DNA of 63,759 nucleotides, counting the filler, from Octopus bimaculoides (taxonomy: Eukaryota), in the NCBI RefSeq assembly GCF_001194135.2. It is 11 parts of 9 records of this genome, joined end to end, with 100 filler letters (N's around TTAATTAATTAA, not from the genome) between each part and the next. Parts side by side here need not be neighbours in the genome. Positions count along the whole stretch, not along the records: positions 61,562 to 63,759 come from NC_068985.1; 10 more parts are not named here. One strand, given 5' to 3'. The notes beneath the pieces were generated by a model that saw only the letters and a list, made by a program, of their open reading frames with translations, had not been told where the DNA came from and made no database searches. Both the position numbers and the translations under genes were made by a program. Below, piece by piece: positions 62,803-63,759 of the stretch (position 1 is the stretch's first letter; the number at the start of each line of letters is the position of its first letter).

Positions 62803-62970
62803 CACATATATACGACGGGCTTCTTTCAGTTTCCGTCTACCAAATCCACTCACAAGGCTTTGGTCGGCCCGAGGCTATAGTAGACGACACTTGCACAAGG
62901 TGCCACGCAGTAGGACTGAACCCAGAACTATGTGGTTGGTAAGCAAGCTAGTTACCACACAGCCACTCCT
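62555..62970 (-). mobile_element. SINE family B, full length, in the last intron of the S-crystallin gene
   Basis: Near-identical to 45466-45881. Confidence 0.9.
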
Positions 62971-62999
62971 GCACCTATTAGTTAAAAATTTTGACAAAA

Positions 63000-63135
63000 T
63001 ACCAGTAGTTTCAGGGCAAGGAGTAAGTTCTCAGCTGATACTTATTTTATCGACTCCAGGAGAATGAAAGGAAATGTCGACCTCGTCGTAATTTGAACTC
63101 AGAACATAAAGACAGACGAAACGACACTGAGCAAT
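63000..63135 (-). mobile_element. SINE family A fragment
   Basis: B box and GTCGAC region. Confidence 0.7.
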
Positions 63136-63240
63136 TTACGCTATGAGATTTATCATTATATGGCAGAGTTGTTTGATGACCTCTTGGCAAATGACTATCA
63201 CAGCTTGCAGCAAAAAGGGAGAATTTCCAGGTCTGTGAGC

Positions 63241-63759
63241 CGAGGTGTGTTGAGAAAGGACGCGAATATCATATACAATTTCCTGCCCATAACCCTGCTA
63301 AATGCAGAGTTATGCAGAGCAAGCGGTGACCTTCATAAGGCAGTGTGCCAAGTGACATCGTACTGTTTATTTCACAAGTTGTGAAATTTGTGTTTATGTG
63401 ATCACGAGTGTGCGGTAGTCTACAAAAATTTTGTCGTGGACAAGAAGTTGGAACAAAGAGCCAACGTGAAATTTTGAGTTGAACTTGGTAATTCTGCTCC
63501 AGAGACACTGAACATGCTTCGGCAAGCTTACAGCGAAGAGGCAATGGGTCGTACGCAAAGTTTCGGGTTGCACGAGCGCTTCAAAGGCACGACAGATCCG
63601 CAGTTCAACCAAGCGCATGCTCATCATTTATACTATTTTATTTTATATATTTTTTTTTTACATCTGTAGTATAGTGCATCGAGAATTCGCTCCGCAGGTC
63701 CAGACATTCGATAGAGATTTTTTACAGCGGCGCTTTGAAACGTTTGAGGAAGGATATAT
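63241..63759 (+). mobile_element. Internally deleted mariner of a second subfamily
   Basis: From 63436: VDKKLEQRANVKF*VELGNSAPETLNMLRQAYSEEAMGRTQ, then a jump to MLI/FF..IVHREF.PQ.QT..RDFY..ALKRLRKD. Possible TIR start CGAGGTGTGTTGAGAAAG at 63241. Confidence 0.8.

Overview
AT-rich eukaryotic genomic DNA from a draft assembly (about 8 kb of N; ten 100-bp gaps carry an artificial TTAATTAATTAA spacer). It is very probably octopus/cephalopod, based on the SINE families, the microsatellite load and an S-crystallin exon. The only well-supported host gene sequence is the terminal coding exon of an S-crystallin/GST-sigma gene on the minus strand (62241-62405, 54 aa, too short for the ORF track); the rest of that gene lies beyond the right edge. 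Everything else is transposon debris and simple repeats: about 30 tRNA-derived SINE copies of at least three families, a near-complete Tc1 with 43-bp TIRs, three mariner remnants, a frameshifted hAT transposase, a Chapaev3-like 3' end, MITEs, a Helitron 5' end, and RTE, Tx1-like, R4/Dong-like and Penelope-like retroelement fragments. The most interesting signals are: (1) two retroelement pieces sitting in (TATC)n arrays with the same polarity, suggesting a GATA-repeat-targeting Tx1-like LINE whose 3' end is shared with one SINE tail; (2) minimal hammerhead-ribozyme folds in Penelope-like termini; (3) a stack of R4/Dong elements in a (TAA)n array. No prokaryote-type system, CRISPR array, rRNA or intact tRNA gene is seen. 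Family assignments rest on motif recognition from memory; no database search was run.
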